Notes: generated by a model not told the origin, from the sequence alone. A stretch of 64,000 nucleotides of DNA from Eledone cirrhosa (GCA_964016885.1 OZ024740.1:283464001-283528000); one strand, 5' to 3'. Counted from the stretch's first letter, positions 40,034 to 52,691 are shown. Numbers and translations: made by a program.

Positions 40034-40236
40034 TATGAATTTTTTTTTTCGTGTAATTTATGCCCTATTTCTGTTCTTTCCCTTTGAGTTCCTCACTTCC
40101 AGTAAATTGTTAACTAGAAAAGTACAATTACCTCCTACATTTCTACAGGAAGAGAACAATACAATAATAATACAGCAACGACAACAACAACAGCACCAAC
40201 AACAACAATCATAACAATAACAACAATAACAACAAC

Positions 40237-40286
<50 letters not shown>

Positions 40287-40449
40287 TAATAAATCTAAAA
40301 AAGAAACGACTCTTCAAAATAACAACTGTACAGTAATTTTCTTTTGATCACACCACCGAAAATGTTCAATTTTTTTTCTCTTTTAGAATTATTGCTGATG
40401 AGTTATCGATTATTACTATTGTTTATCATTATTATTATCATTATTATTA

Positions 40450-40484
<35 letters not shown>

Positions 40485-41207
40485 GTTGTTGTTGTTGTTG
40501 TTGTTTTTATTGTTTTTATTGTTGTTGTTGTTGTTGATATTTTTCTTGCTTTCATTTTAATATTTATTTGTCAATTTTTTTTTTCAATTATTTATAATAT
40601 ATTATTTTTACAAAAAAAAAAAAGAAAAAAGAAAAAAAAATTAATTAAACAATAAATCTAATAAATTTCAAAAAAATAAAATAAAATACAGGAAAATGGA
40701 ATGGAGGAGGAGGAGGGTGGAGGGGAAATCTCATTGCTGTTCCTATATTTGAAACCTGTTAGAATCTTTATTAAAACAACAGCAACAACAACATCAACAA
40801 CAATATAGAAAAGGAACTGTTGCATGGTGTTTATTTGTTATATTTATAGTTTTAAAGACAAAACTGTGGCAGTTTGTAGCTTAAAAAGCGAGATGTGTAA
40901 GGGGGAACATGAAGAATAAAGGGGGTAAACTGTTTAATTTAGAATTATTTTCATACATTTCGGTTGTTTAGTTGTAGAATTTTCTAGAATATTCCGCAGG
41001 TTATTTTGGTTTCGCAGTCATTGAAAGAAAATGATTCAATTATTGGTATATATTTGTGTATGTATGTGTATATGTATATATGTATGTATGTGCGTATGTA
41101 GGTATGTACGTATGTATGCATGTATTTATATGTATATGTATGTGCATGTATATGCATGTATGTATGTATATGTATGTATATGTATGTATGTATGTATGTT
41201 TTGTGTA

Positions 41208-41325
41208 GGCGCTTTGCTAAGTGGTTAGAGAATTGGATTCGTAATCATGAGGTTGTGAGTTAGATTCCCCGACCGGGTGATGCGTTATGTCCTTGGGCAA
41301 GACACTTTATTTCACGTTGCTCCTC
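41208..41325 (+). mobile_element. CORE-type tRNA SINE head
   Basis: A-box GCTAAGTGG, B-box-like GAGTTAGATTCC, CORE TGTCCTTGGGCAAGACACTT. Confidence 0.7.
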
Positions 41326-41993
41326 CTAACTGGTGTTGCGACCGATAGAGAGTATTAGCAATTGGAAAGACCAACAGAAACATTGTTTCCTCGGTCCGAT
41401 ATGACGAAATTCCATCGACTGTCGATGTATGTATGTATATAAGTGTATATGTACGAATGTATGTAACTGCGTACATATGTACATATGTATATATGTATGT
41501 GTATATGAATATATGTACGTATTTCTGTATATCTGAATGTAATAATAATAAAATAAGTAAATAAAAATGTACACGTACGCGCAACCATTCCCACACATGC
41601 CTACATATATATTTACACACCTACACAGTATATACATATAGACGCAGTGTTGGATGTCCGTTGACTCTCGTTAGTTCTTCCTCCCATACCTACCTACCTA
41701 CATACATACGTACATACATGCATGCATACATACATACATACATACATACATACATACATACATACATACATGCATGCATACATACATACATACATACATA
41801 CATACATACATACATACATACATACATACATACATACATACATACATACATACATACGTACGTACGTCGTACATACATACATACATACATACATACATAC
41901 ATACATACATACATACATACATACATACATAAATACATACATACATACGTACCTACGTCGTACATACATACATACATACATACATACATACAT

Positions 41994-42053
41994 GATGGCT
42001 GCCCCCTCGTTATCGAGTATGGCCATTGCACAATAAAAAAAAAACAAAAAAAA

Positions 42054-42111
<58 letters not shown>

Positions 42112-42190
42112 GCAATAATAATAATAACGACAACAATAATAATAATATACATATTCATATATATATACACACACACGCACGCACATAAGC

Positions 42191-42228
<38 letters not shown>

Positions 42229-44738
42229 GATAGCAACTAACAGTGCTGCGATCGAATGTGGCTTTTTAGCCCAGCCAATGATCCAAAATGTCTTGCACAG
42301 AGTCGGCAACCAAAACATTTACTGGGAATAGTCGGCTGTGGTTGGAGTTCGTGTACTTTTGCATGTCGCTTGAGTCCTCCTGCTGATTTACATTCTCTAC
42401 CACATGTTTGGCAAGCATGATGAGTAGCATCTCCAACAGCAGCCTGGTAGTCAACCACTGGTCTTACTTTATGACTGCGAAGATGACTTTCGAGTCCAGC
42501 TTTGCTTAGGCAGAGTCTCGCACAGACGCTGCATGTCAGAAACATAGGAGGACCCTCGCCGTCTGGAAGTGCAACAGCAATACCCTTCCTCACGTCCCGC
42601 TTTACTTTCTCGTGTGCGATTCGAGATGCCTCAAAGGCAACTTTTCCCTCATATACAGTCTTTCTCCATTTATTACGATCAGCAGCAATATTTTCCCATG
42701 TATCAGCAGAGATGTTAGCGTCTTTCAGAGAGGCCTTCAAGGAATCCTTATACCTCTTTTTTGGTTTATGTGGCGGTCGTTTTCCTTTAACCAACTCTCC
42801 ATAGAAGAGTTGTTTTGGTATTCTAGAATCCTTCATCCTGGCAAGGTGACCACTCCAACGGAGTCGCTGCTTAAGCACAAGAGCTTCTATACTGTCACAC
42901 ATAGAGCTTTCCAAAATCTCGACATCACTGATGTGGTCCCTCCAGCGAACGCCATGTATCCGTCTGAGACACATCTGATGGAAACGCTCCAATTGCTTAA
43001 GGTGGCGTCGATATGTGACCCAGGTCTCGCAGGCATAAAGAAGACAAGAGAGTACACATGCCCTGTACACCCTTACCTTTGTCCTCCTGCATATGTCTCG
43101 CCGACCCCAGAGTCGCCTTTCTAGCTTTCCGAAAGCATCACTTGCTTTCCTAATCCTAAGTGAGATTTCACTGTCAAGGTTGCCGTATCGATTGACAGTG
43201 CTTCCCAGGTAGACAAACTGATCAACCACTCCAAGTCGTTTGCCATACACATAGATGTTTGGTTCAGTGTACTGCCTACCAGGTGCAGGTTGGTACATGA
43301 CGACGGTTTTCTTGAGACTGACAGTCAAACCCAGGGCAGTGCAAGCGTCAGAAAATACATTCAAAATGTGCTGCATATCACTCTCTGTGTGCGCTACAAG
43401 ATCGCAATCATCTGCATACAAGAGGTCTCTTATGACTGATGTAAATACTTTTGTCCTCGCAGCAAAGCGCCTGATGTTAAATATGCTGCCTGAGGTTCGA
43501 TATCGGATGTAAACACCATGCTCGCAATTCCTGAATGCAATACAGAAAACCATTGCAAAGTATATGGCAAACAGGGTCGGTGCTGGAATATCCCCCTGTT
43601 TCACTCCATTTTTTACTGAGATAGGCTCCGACATGTTACCTCCGACATTAACCCAAGCCTTCATGTCGTCATGGAAAGACCTAACTAAAGCAAGGAACTT
43701 ATCAGGGCAACCAAGTTTCTGGAGAACCTTCCATAATGCATCTCTGTTGACAGTATCGAAAGCCTTTGTCAGATCGACAAAAACCTGATACAGATCCAAG
43801 CCCTGTTCAATGCACTTCTCCTGGAGCTGTCTAGCTGAGAAGATCATATCAGTAGTGCCGCGTCCAACACGAAAACCAGATTGACTTTCAGGAAGGACAC
43901 AATCTGCAATGTGTGTCAGCAGACGGTCCAGAAGCACCCTACATAAAACTTTCCCCACGACAGAAAGCAATGATATACCTCTGTAGTTCCCACAATCATT
44001 CCTGTTACCCTTTCCCTTGTACAAGACCACCATTACTGCATCTCTCCAGTCCTCAGGCACGGATTCATTAGCCCATATCCTTCCAAACAGAGAGTGAAGA
44101 TGTTGCAGGAGTCTCTCACCACCATATTGTAGGAGCTCAGCATGTATGCCATCCATACCTGGAGATCTTCCACTGTTCAGCTTCGGCTTCGAAATAGCCA
44201 CTGCAACCTCCACAAGTGTCGGAGGCTCTGCGAGAGCTACTTTCACAGGACTTTCCGGAATGAGATTGAGGAAATCTTCACTGACGACAGACGGCTGATT
44301 CAAAAGATCATCAAAGTGCTCCCGCCACCTTCGTAGAATTCCCTGTGAGTCACGAAGAAGTTCTTTGCCATCCTTGCTGCGAATCGGTGTCACCAGAGAA
44401 GAAGACGGTCCATAAACCTCACGCAAGAGACTGTACAACAGCTTTGTGTTATTGCAATCAGACGCAGTTTGTATCTCACCAGCCTTCTCACTCCACCACT
44501 GATCCTTCATCTGAGAAAGACTCCGCCTAACACGTGATTTTACATCCCTGAGCTCCTCATGCAACGTATTCCTCTCCTGTGGTCTTGCCGTCAAGTAGCG
44601 TGACAGAGCGCGCCTCTTATCAGCCAACAAGTCATCTATATGCACATCTTTCTCATTAAACCAGTCCTGATGTTTTCTCTGCACCAATCCCAGAACACGT
44701 CTGCCTACATCATAAACCGACTTTTTAAGGGTCGGCCA
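41994..44738 (-). mobile_element. RTE (BovB-like) LINE, 5'-truncated, with TSD
   Basis: Open RT ORF; 3' terminus GAGGGGGCAGCCATC plus (ATGT)n; direct repeat ATACGTACCTACGTCG at 41945-41960 and 44739-44754. Confidence 0.93.
42237..44738 (-). CDS. RTE ORF: linker + reverse transcriptase + C-terminal triple C2H2 zinc finger (no start codon; APE domain missing)
   Basis: 833 uninterrupted codons: SPGMDGI, NYRGISLLS, PESQSGFR, FVDLTKAFD, GVKQGD, IRYRTSGSIFN, LYADD, FVYLGS, LRWSGH, RIPKQLFYGEL. The first 27 aa of the track ORF are microsatellite/TSD. Confidence 0.9.
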   Translation of the reverse strand, partial: WPTLKKSVYDVGRRVLGLVQRKHQDWFNEKDVHIDDLLADKRRALSRYLTARPQERNTLHEELRDVKSRVRRSLSQMKDQWWSEKAGEIQTASDCNNTKLLYSLLREVYGPSSSLVTPIRSKDGKELLRDSQGILRRWREHFDDLLNQPSVVSEDFLNLIPESPVKVALAEPPTLVEVAVAISKPKLNSGRSPGMDGIHAELLQYGGERLLQHLHSLFGRIWANESVPEDWRDAVMVVLYKGKGNRNDCGNYRGISLLSVVGKVLCRVLLDRLLTHIADCVLPESQSGFRVGRGTTDMIFSARQLQEKCIEQGLDLYQVFVDLTKAFDTVNRDALWKVLQKLGCPDKFLALVRSFHDDMKAWVNVGGNMSEPISVKNGVKQGDIPAPTLFAIYFAMVFCIAFRNCEHGVYIRYRTSGSIFNIRRFAARTKVFTSVIRDLLYADDCDLVAHTESDMQHILNVFSDACTALGLTVSLKKTVVMYQPAPGRQYTEPNIYVYGKRLGVVDQFVYLGSTVNRYGNLDSEISLRIRKASDAFGKLERRLWGRRDICRRTKVRVYRACVLSCLLYACETWVTYRRHLKQLERFHQMCLRRIHGVRWRDHISDVEILESSMCDSIEALVLKQRLRWSGHLARMKDSRIPKQLFYGELVKGKRPPHKPKKRYKDSLKASLKDANISADTWENIAADRNKWRKTVYEGKVAFEASRIAHEKVKRDVRKGIAVALPDGEGPPMFLTCSVCARLCLSKAGLESHLRSHKVRPVVDYQAAVGDATHHACQTCGRECKSAGGLKRHAKVHELQPQPTIPSKCFGCRLCARHFGSLAGLKSHIRSQHC

Positions 44739-44821
44739 ATACGTACCTACGTCGTACATACATACATACATACATACATACATACATACATACATACATA
44801 CATACATACATACATACATAC

Positions 44822-46180
44822 AGTTGATGTTGGAACTCGAAAAATACTAAACAACAGCGGAAACTTCCACATCAACAGTGACATAGACCGCCTTTACTTG
44901 AAAAGTAAGCAGGGAGGCAGAGGCCTAACATCAGTCCAGACAACATTTGAATGTCGCATCATATCTCTCCGACAACATCTATGAACCTCGAAGCGTAGGA
45001 GCCCGTTTCTCGAGCAAGTCTATCTGTATGAAACAGATAAGATCATGAGAGTTGGGAAGGAACTCCTCGAGAAATATTCCCTGTGTGATAATAAAAAAAC
45101 TCACACCCAGGGATGTCGCTCAGCAGTATCGCAGTGAATCCATGGATGAAAAACTGCATGCTTATCAGCAAAAAATCATGCATGGATATGTTGCCAGCAA
45201 GCTCCAGAGTGACAGTAATATAGATAAGGAAAGTAGTCTATCTTGGACCAACAACCGCTATATTGGCTCCCACTTTGAAGGATATGCTCTTGCAATCCAG
45301 GAACAGGAGATTAACACTAAATACCTGATTCACAAAAGAGATAGGGATGCAGGCAAAACACCTAGATGTGATAACAAGTGCAGACTCTGCAGAACTAACA
45401 TCGAGGATATCACCCATGTCATCAGCAGCTGTCCAAAGATGTCACCGCGGTACTATCTACCTATGAGGCATGATGTAGTGGCCAAAACACTGTACAATGC
45501 AGTTCATAAAAAAGATAGTCCCGATAATAAACACATTAAAAGCTAAAGCAATGTGGAAGACATCCATGTACATAATATGAAAGAGTACTGGTGGAATGTT
45601 CCAGTAAAAACCGCAATAAAATGCAGGCATAACACACCAGATATTATGATATGGGACAGGGAGAAGAAAGCATGCACACTAGTGGAAATTAGCTGCCCAG
45701 CAGATGCCAATATAATATCAAAGATTAGTGAAAAGGAGAATATTTATGCAGAACTGATGAGAAACTGCAGATACTCCACCCTGATTACACCTTCAGATTT
45801 TTGCCTGTGATTATTGGGGCACTGGGATATGTTAGTAACTACCTCAATACAAATCAGGAACAGAAAGAACACAACTAGTTAGGAAATTACAAGTACAATC
45901 CATTAATAGAACAGTAAAAATATGTAAAACATTCCAAAATTCTGCATCTAATAACTGCATATACACATGTACAGATGCAAAGCATATACACATGCTCACA
46001 TACAACTCAAAACATCCACATCCACACATACAATAACATCCATATCTACACATGCATGCATACATACATATCTACCTAGTTGATATTGTGTAAATTCCAA
46101 TGAGAGAGTCTTGTGTCTATGTTAGAAACCGACTCTCTCTCTATTGGTAAAACTTTGTGAAATTATAAAACCAGAAAAAC
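44822..46180 (+). mobile_element. R4/Dong-type RLE LINE, family Y, 5'-truncated, in (CATA)n
   Basis: GGRGL, CRLC..EDITHVISSC (CCHC), RHD, PDIMIWD, VEISCP, K..Y; (CATA)n at both junctions. Confidence 0.9.
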
Positions 46181-46199
46181 ATACATACATACATACATA

Positions 46200-46729
46200 T
46201 CTATATATATAAAGTTATATTCCTGTCTGTTTGTTTGTTCACGAGCTACTCCTATGGTTTTGCAGATAGACCCCCATAACCATATATATTCTGAAACTAC
46301 ATTGCCCAGGGTACTTGGATAAACTACATTGCCCAGGGTATTTGGATAAGTATATTTCATTTTAATCAAAGGGATCCCAGGGGCACAAACGCCCGCTTAA
46401 AATGTTTCCCCTTCGATTTATATGAAATGTAAACCATAGGTAAATGACAAGATATGATGTCTATTCACAAAAGTTTTGAATTGATATTTTGAAAAAAATT
46501 ATTTACAAGAAACAAAATAAGAATAAGATTTAATAATATAATTTTGATTTGATATATTACAAAAAATAAGGTTTTCCAATTTTTCATGTATTACATTTTG
46601 CATTGAGTAATATTGAAATGCAGTGTTTTTCTCCATAAATTATATCACTGATTTAAAATCAATCATCATTTTCTTACAAAAGAAAAAAATAATGTGTGAA
46701 ACGCAGCAAGGCGAGGGTAATTCGACTAG
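46200..46729 (+). mobile_element. Non-autonomous Helitron
   Basis: A|TCTATATATATAAAG 5' end followed by CTGTCTGTTTGTTTG; subterminal CGC-AGCAAG-GCG hairpin; CTAG|T 3' end; no TSD. Confidence 0.75.
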
Positions 46730-46764
46730 TATATATATATATATAGATATAGATATAGATAATA

Positions 46765-47000
46765 ATATTATTTAAAGTTATATATACACTAAATACAACT
46801 ATAAACAGGAAAGGTCAGTAACTCATTACTACTTTATTACCAGTAAGAAAAATAGCTCAATGTAAATACATCAGATGTTTTACAGAGCAGGAATATAAAT
46901 TACACAACAATCAAAACTATGTTCAAATCATTTTAGTGCTGAGAATCGTTTCTTCCAAACTTTCGTTTGGAATCATCCGAGCACTAGCAAAGTTTGGACA
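46765..47000 (-). mobile_element. Penelope-like pLTR (family D)
   Basis: Homologous to 5470-5600; tail hairpin 46855-46888; hammerhead 46935-46985. Confidence 0.72.
46935..46985 (-). ncRNA. Type I hammerhead motif
   Basis: AGTGCT-CGGATGA-TTCCAAAC GAAA GTTTGGAA-GAAAC-GATT-CTC-AGCACT; perfect stems I and II, stem III imperfect. Confidence 0.7.
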
Positions 47001-49340
47001 TATAATTAACTTCATATTCAACTGAACAATCATATAGATACATGGATATTAATGTTGTCATCAACAGTTTCGTATTTACAGAGTGGAATGGGTGTGACAG
47101 AGATTACAAGAAAATTGTATAAATATTAAAGAGGCACTGAGTGGCGATAATTATAGGTGTAGTAGCACATAACGTAGAATGTTGTGATGTGTTAGTGTGC
47201 AGCAGAGGTGTGTTGCAGAAATGGCAGGGCTTACATTTTGTTTTTAATATTTCCTCAACACCTTGTTCATGTTTATTTGTACTTCAAATTCACAAATGGC
47301 TCCGACGTTCTTTGACTATTTTATAATAGATGACGTGGCAAAATAGTTACAATATAGGACAAAAAGACTTGCGATATTTTTGATATGGCTCTCTTCGTTG
47401 TTAGTTCAGATTCCGACTTGGACAACTTCTCCATTTGTTGTCTATAAAATAAAGTACGAATCCACTGTGATATATTAGCTGATTTCTTATTGTGCCAGAC
47501 TAGATAGCTTGCGCTATTTATTTTTCCTGTCCTCTGAGTCTAGAGTTCAAATCCTTCTATAGCTTACTTGGTTAGGAGACTTAATTGATCGCATGTCTGA
47601 ACACTACCACCAAAACTTGGAGTGTGATTAGTAGATTACGTCTTGGCTTTGAGTATACATTCCTCACTTCCGAGGCCTGTGAAAGTATAATGGAGACTGT
47701 TCTTCCGACCATGACTGTATTTACGCATTGACCTGTAACTCCAAGTAAAGTCGTATGGGCGCTGTAGTAACATACAGTTTTGTTTAAACATGGTTGAGCC
47801 CATTATCTCTCCAGATCATTATACCGTAAATTACCGTAAATTTCTTTCAGAGTAAGGAGTGACATAGAAGAAGTGAAAAACAAATATAGAGGAAGAATCG
47901 ACCTCATTACTGGAATGGCAATTTTGTTATCGACCTCAAACGGATGAAATACAAAGCTGACCTCGACGAGATTTGAATGCAGAGTGCCAAAAGCCTGACC
48001 AAATACCACAAAGCATTCTAACCGACGACTTAACGACTCTGTCAATTCGCAGCCGACTTTAGTTTCAATGGTCAACAATTATACATGTTTTATTGTTTTT
48101 GTTGATTTTGCTTTTACGTATTACAAGCCAAATTCATTGTCGTACAAATATTTCCATACTGAATAAGTGTAAATGATTGATAAAATCTATAGAGTGACAG
48201 AGAAAATAGCATGTAGTAGTTCGAGATTTTCTGAGTTCGAATTTCTCTGAGGTCGACTTAGAGCATGCTGTCCATTCCTCCGAGACACAACAATAACGAT
48301 AGACATTGCTTTGATATGTTTCTCTTATTGGATGTTAGTCATTTCATGTAACATCATATAAAGTTGAGTAAATATTACTGTCAAATACCGATTATCTGAA
48401 ATGAAATATCACTAATTATCTCACAAAATAACTGTTGGCACAGTTATCACCCGATCCCCCTTTGCCATTGTTTCACAGATTTATAAATTTTCTCTACGGG
48501 CTGAAATGTTTATATTAATGTCGCGGCAATATTAAGATTATAAACTAAAATAAATACAACACTGGTAAGGTCTAATAGGTTGAAACATGTTCTTAATTTT
48601 TACTCCTATGCAAAGATCAAACTTCCTCGAAGCATTCAAAGTAACTTTTAGAGATTAATTAATGATTTCTTAAATTTATATTTCTTTTGCCTCCATGACA
48701 TTAACAATTACCTCTAGGTTTTTGTTTTCTTTCTCCAACTAAGAGAGATACAAATTTATTCATTTACATTTTTTCATACATTATTCAGTATATCACAACT
48801 TATGCGGTGTATATTTTCAATATGTTTTCTCTATATCCAAATACTGCGAATTGAGCCACCGCTTCATTTTGTGCGGGTCATCGTCGAGAGCTTTTATCAC
48901 CTTGATCTCCGATTTGTTGTTTTCCTTCACAAAATTGGGAGGGGTGAACCCCGCCCAAGGAAGTAGCACCGTCAACTAAAGGGGCTGATATAGTGGGTAA
49001 CATTGGCTCTTCTCCGCCGATATGCTTTCACCATCTTGTCGGCAGCGTACATCTGAGATACACCATCAAATATGGAATGTAGAGTCTGCCACTTACTTCC
49101 CATTTCCTTTAATTACATTATACATTTTTATTGCAAACATTATATAACTTAAAATTTATTGAATAAATATTTACTACACTTCTTATATATTATATTGCAT
49201 AGAGGCACAATTGAGATTAAAATGTTTTGCAAACCTGAAAAAAACTAGAAAGCAATTTGATATTGTCTAATATTCTTGAAATTTATGTATGTTTGAGAGT
49301 ATGTCTCTGTGTTTGAGTGTCTGAATGTGTGTATTCCCAG

Positions 49341-49572
49341 GTGTGTGTCTGTATGTATGAGGTTATATGCATGTTTACATTTGCTTGTATATCTTTATGT
49401 GTGTGTCTGTATGTATGAGGTTATATGCATGTTTACATTTGCTTGTATATCTTTATGTGTGTGTCTGTATGTATGAGGTTATATGCATGTTTACATTTGC
49501 TTGTATATCTTTATGTGTGTGTCTGTATGTATGAGGTTATATGCATGTTTACATTTGCTTGTATATCTTTGT
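49341..49572. repeat. 58-bp tandem repeat, 4 near-identical copies
   Basis: GTGTGTGTCTGTATGTATGAGGTTATATGCATGTTTACATTTGCTTGTATATCTTTAT repeated. Confidence 0.95.
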
Positions 49573-50284
49573 GTGTGTGTGTTTGTCTTCATGTGTTTGA
49601 GAGTGAATATGTTTATATGTGTTCGTGTTTGTCTGTATTTGATTCTGTTTCTTCTTGTTTTGTATATGTCTGCATGTGATTGTGTATATCCCTGTGTGTG
49701 CGTCTATGTATCTATGTGATACTGTATGTGTTTGTGTGTGTCTGCATATCTTTGGGTATGTGTTTGTGTATGTGTGTATGTAATTGTGTGCATGTGTATG
49801 TGTATGTGTTAATTGTGTGTGTGCGTGTGTTTGTGAATGTGTGCGTGTATATGTGCGTGTGTGTATGTGTGTGTACGTGTGTGTGCGTGTGTGAGTATGT
49901 TTGTGAATGTGTCGGTATGTGTGTGCATGTGTATGTGCGCGTGTGTTTGTGTGTGTGCGTGCGTGTGAGCGTATGTTTGTGAATGTGTATGTATGTGTGT
50001 GCATGTGTATGTGCGCGTGCGTGTGTGTATGTGTATGTGTGTGGTGTGTGTGTGTGTGGTGTGTGTGTGTGTGTGTGTGTATGTGTGCTTGTTTCAGTGA
50101 GTGCGTATTGGTATTTATTAATGAGTGTGGGAGGGTGCACACTAAGTCATGACAGAACACAGATTAATAATATATTGCCATATTGAAATAACAAGGCATG
50201 GTGTGATAACATTCTAAGAAGTTAAAGAATAACAGAGAAAAATGGATAAAAACTGATGGCATCCTGGTTTTAATGACAATCAAT

Positions 50285-50635
50285 ATTGAATTTACACAGC
50301 GTCTTGCGATATTTGAAAATTATGTAGTGTAGCCTCATTGGGTTTCCATAGAATAAATTAAAATTATACGTGGTGCCCTCACAAGATATTCACAGCCGTT
50401 GGATAACTTGAAATGATGTGTTATAGGTTCATTGAATTTTAATTTACACAGTCGTTGGATATCTTGAAGTTATGTACTGAGTTCTCTTGTTTGTTAGTTT
50501 GGTATTTTTTAATTTACACACTGTCGTTGACTATCTTGTCATTGTGTGTAGGGGCCTCGGTGGATTGTATTTACACAATGTTGTTGAATTATATTCTGGA
50601 ATTATGTAGTGTGGTCTCATGGGGTTCCAACTTTA
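50285..50635. repeat. Degenerate ~55-70-bp tandem repeat
   Basis: Recurrent ATTTACACA..GTCGTTG..ATCTTG..TTATGTA. Confidence 0.6.
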
Positions 50636-50889
50636 CTGATTCGTTTAATGCTGTATACGTTTAATGTATTGATTTTGAGAGCAGTGAGTTGGCAAAATCA
50701 GGGATATGTTTTTTTACTATTTGTTCCAGTTCTTTACACTTTGAGTTCACATCCCACCGAGGTCAAGTCTTCATTCATTTCTTCGTGGTCTATAATATGC
50801 AGTAATCGATTTTCCCTCGCCGCAGTTGCCGGTCTTGGACCTAAATTAGAAATCATAAAATGTAAGAAAGAATTATTGTATAGACTTTG

Positions 50890-51290
50890 ATAGGTGGATT
50901 GGAATAATCGGTAGAGTATCGGGGGAGTTGGTGATAGAATTGGTATAATATCAATTGGTATAATATCAAGTTGATTCTGGGAGGAAATCAGGATAATTGG
51001 TAGAATAGCAGGGCTGTGGAGGGTAGATTGGGGAGAATTTCATGGTGGTGAAAAGTAGATTTGGTGGAATGTCAGCGTGGTGGGTGATATAATTGGGAGA
51101 ATATCAAGTTAGTGATGGTAGATCCTCATAGAATATGAAGACAATGGCTGGAAGCATTTATATAACATCATGGCAATGGATGATTGATTCTTGTAGAATA
51201 TCAGGGCCGAGAATGGTAGAATTGTTTGAAGATCAGTGCATTGAACGGTAGATGGGGAAATATTAAAGCCTTTTATGGTAGATGAGGACA
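50890..51290. repeat. Degenerate ~25-30-bp tandem repeat
   Basis: Recurrent GGTAGATTGGTAGAATATCA-like units. Confidence 0.55.
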
Positions 51291-51294
51291 TATT

Positions 51295-51512
51295 GGTTTC
51301 TGATTTAAGCACAAGGCCAACAATTTTGTGGGAGGGGAAAGTGGACTAAACAGACCACAGTGCATTACTGGTACTTTATTTTATCGACACCGTAAGGAGG
51401 AAAGGCAAAGCTAACCTCAGCAGGATTTGAACTCAAATCGTAAAGGACCGTAACTCTATGCTACAAAACACGTTGTCCGACGCTCCACCGATACTGACAA
51501 TCCACCACCCTT
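51295..51512 (-). mobile_element. S1 SINE full copy
   Basis: Family match. Confidence 0.85.
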
Positions 51513-52156
51513 AAATGAGGAAATATCAAAGCATTGTAGGGTAGATTTAGAAGATTATCGAGGCAATGACTGGCGGGGTTAGAAGCGCATCAAATTGCTG
51601 AAGGGTAGAGTTGATTGGTAATAAATAGAGTTAGTGGTAAGTCATTGAGATGGTTAGCAGAGTCAGTATAGGTTCAAGTTAATGGTTGGTAGAGTTAATA
51701 GAGTGTCAGGGCAATGGATGATGGATTTTCGTAGAACACCAATTGCATTAAGTTGCGTTGATGCAAATTTATCAACCATGAGGTCATAGATACACCAAAC
51801 CAATGAATGGCCCGTAACCTGTAATTAACAAAGCTGTCTGTTTACTAAACGTGATATTAAATAAATAATATTGACGTGGAATTGCCTTATATAAACTTAT
51901 ATATACTCACACGCTCAACAGACAGTTGCACAAAAACAGGAGATGGTAGTGATAGTGGTTGGTGAACAGATGTATGAAGGACAGTTATTCAATTTATATA
52001 CTTATTTTGATTCTTAAATTATAGTAACTGTAAAATATCTTATAGAATATGTTTACGGGGCTAAGAAAGTTGGGATATGGGCCGTCATTCTGTGTAGTAC
52101 ACCTCAACACCATCACCATCGTTTTCATTATCACCACCATATTACTACTACGACGC

Positions 52157-52227
<71 letters not shown>

Positions 52228-52230
<3 letters not shown>

Positions 52231-52680
52231 TGTTTCTACTTTTGACACAAGGCCAGCAATTACACAGTATATTACTGGTACTTTATTTTATCGACCCCGT
52301 AAGAATGAAAGGCAAAGTTAGCCTCGGCGGCATTTGAACCCAGATCATAAAGAGCTAATAATAATGATTTCTATTATAGGCACAAGGCCAGCAATTTGTG
52401 GGGAGGGGAAAGTTGATTAAATTTACCCCAGTGCATTACTGGTGCTTTATTTTATCGACCACGTAAGGATGAAAGGCAAAGATAACCTCGGCGGGATTTG
52501 AACTTAGACCACAAAGGGCCGTAACTCTTTGCTGCCAAGCATGGCGTCCGACCCTCTACCGATACTGCCAATCCAATAATAATTGTTTCTACGTTAGGCA
52601 CAAGGTCAGCAATTATCCAGTGCATTACTGGTATTTTATTTTATCCACCCCGTAAGGATGAAAGGCAATGTTAACCAATC
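52228..52680 (-). mobile_element. Three co-oriented S1 SINEs stacked in (TAA)n
   Basis: Copies at about 52228-52356, 52366-52575 and 52580-52680, each preceded by AATAAT. Confidence 0.85.
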
Positions 52681-52691
52681 CAATAATAATA

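Noticed and set aside
40690-40770. Possible minus-strand exon after TTCTAACAG
   Set aside because: No good donor, low-complexity surroundings, unrecognised peptide.
42502-44530. Plus-strand ORFs overlapping the RTE
   Set aside because: Antisense shadows of the RT frame with no motifs.
44739-44819. N-terminal MYVC... extension giving the 860-aa RTE ORF a start codon
   Set aside because: Derived from the TSD and flanking (ATGT)n; the element is 5'-truncated and lacks APE.
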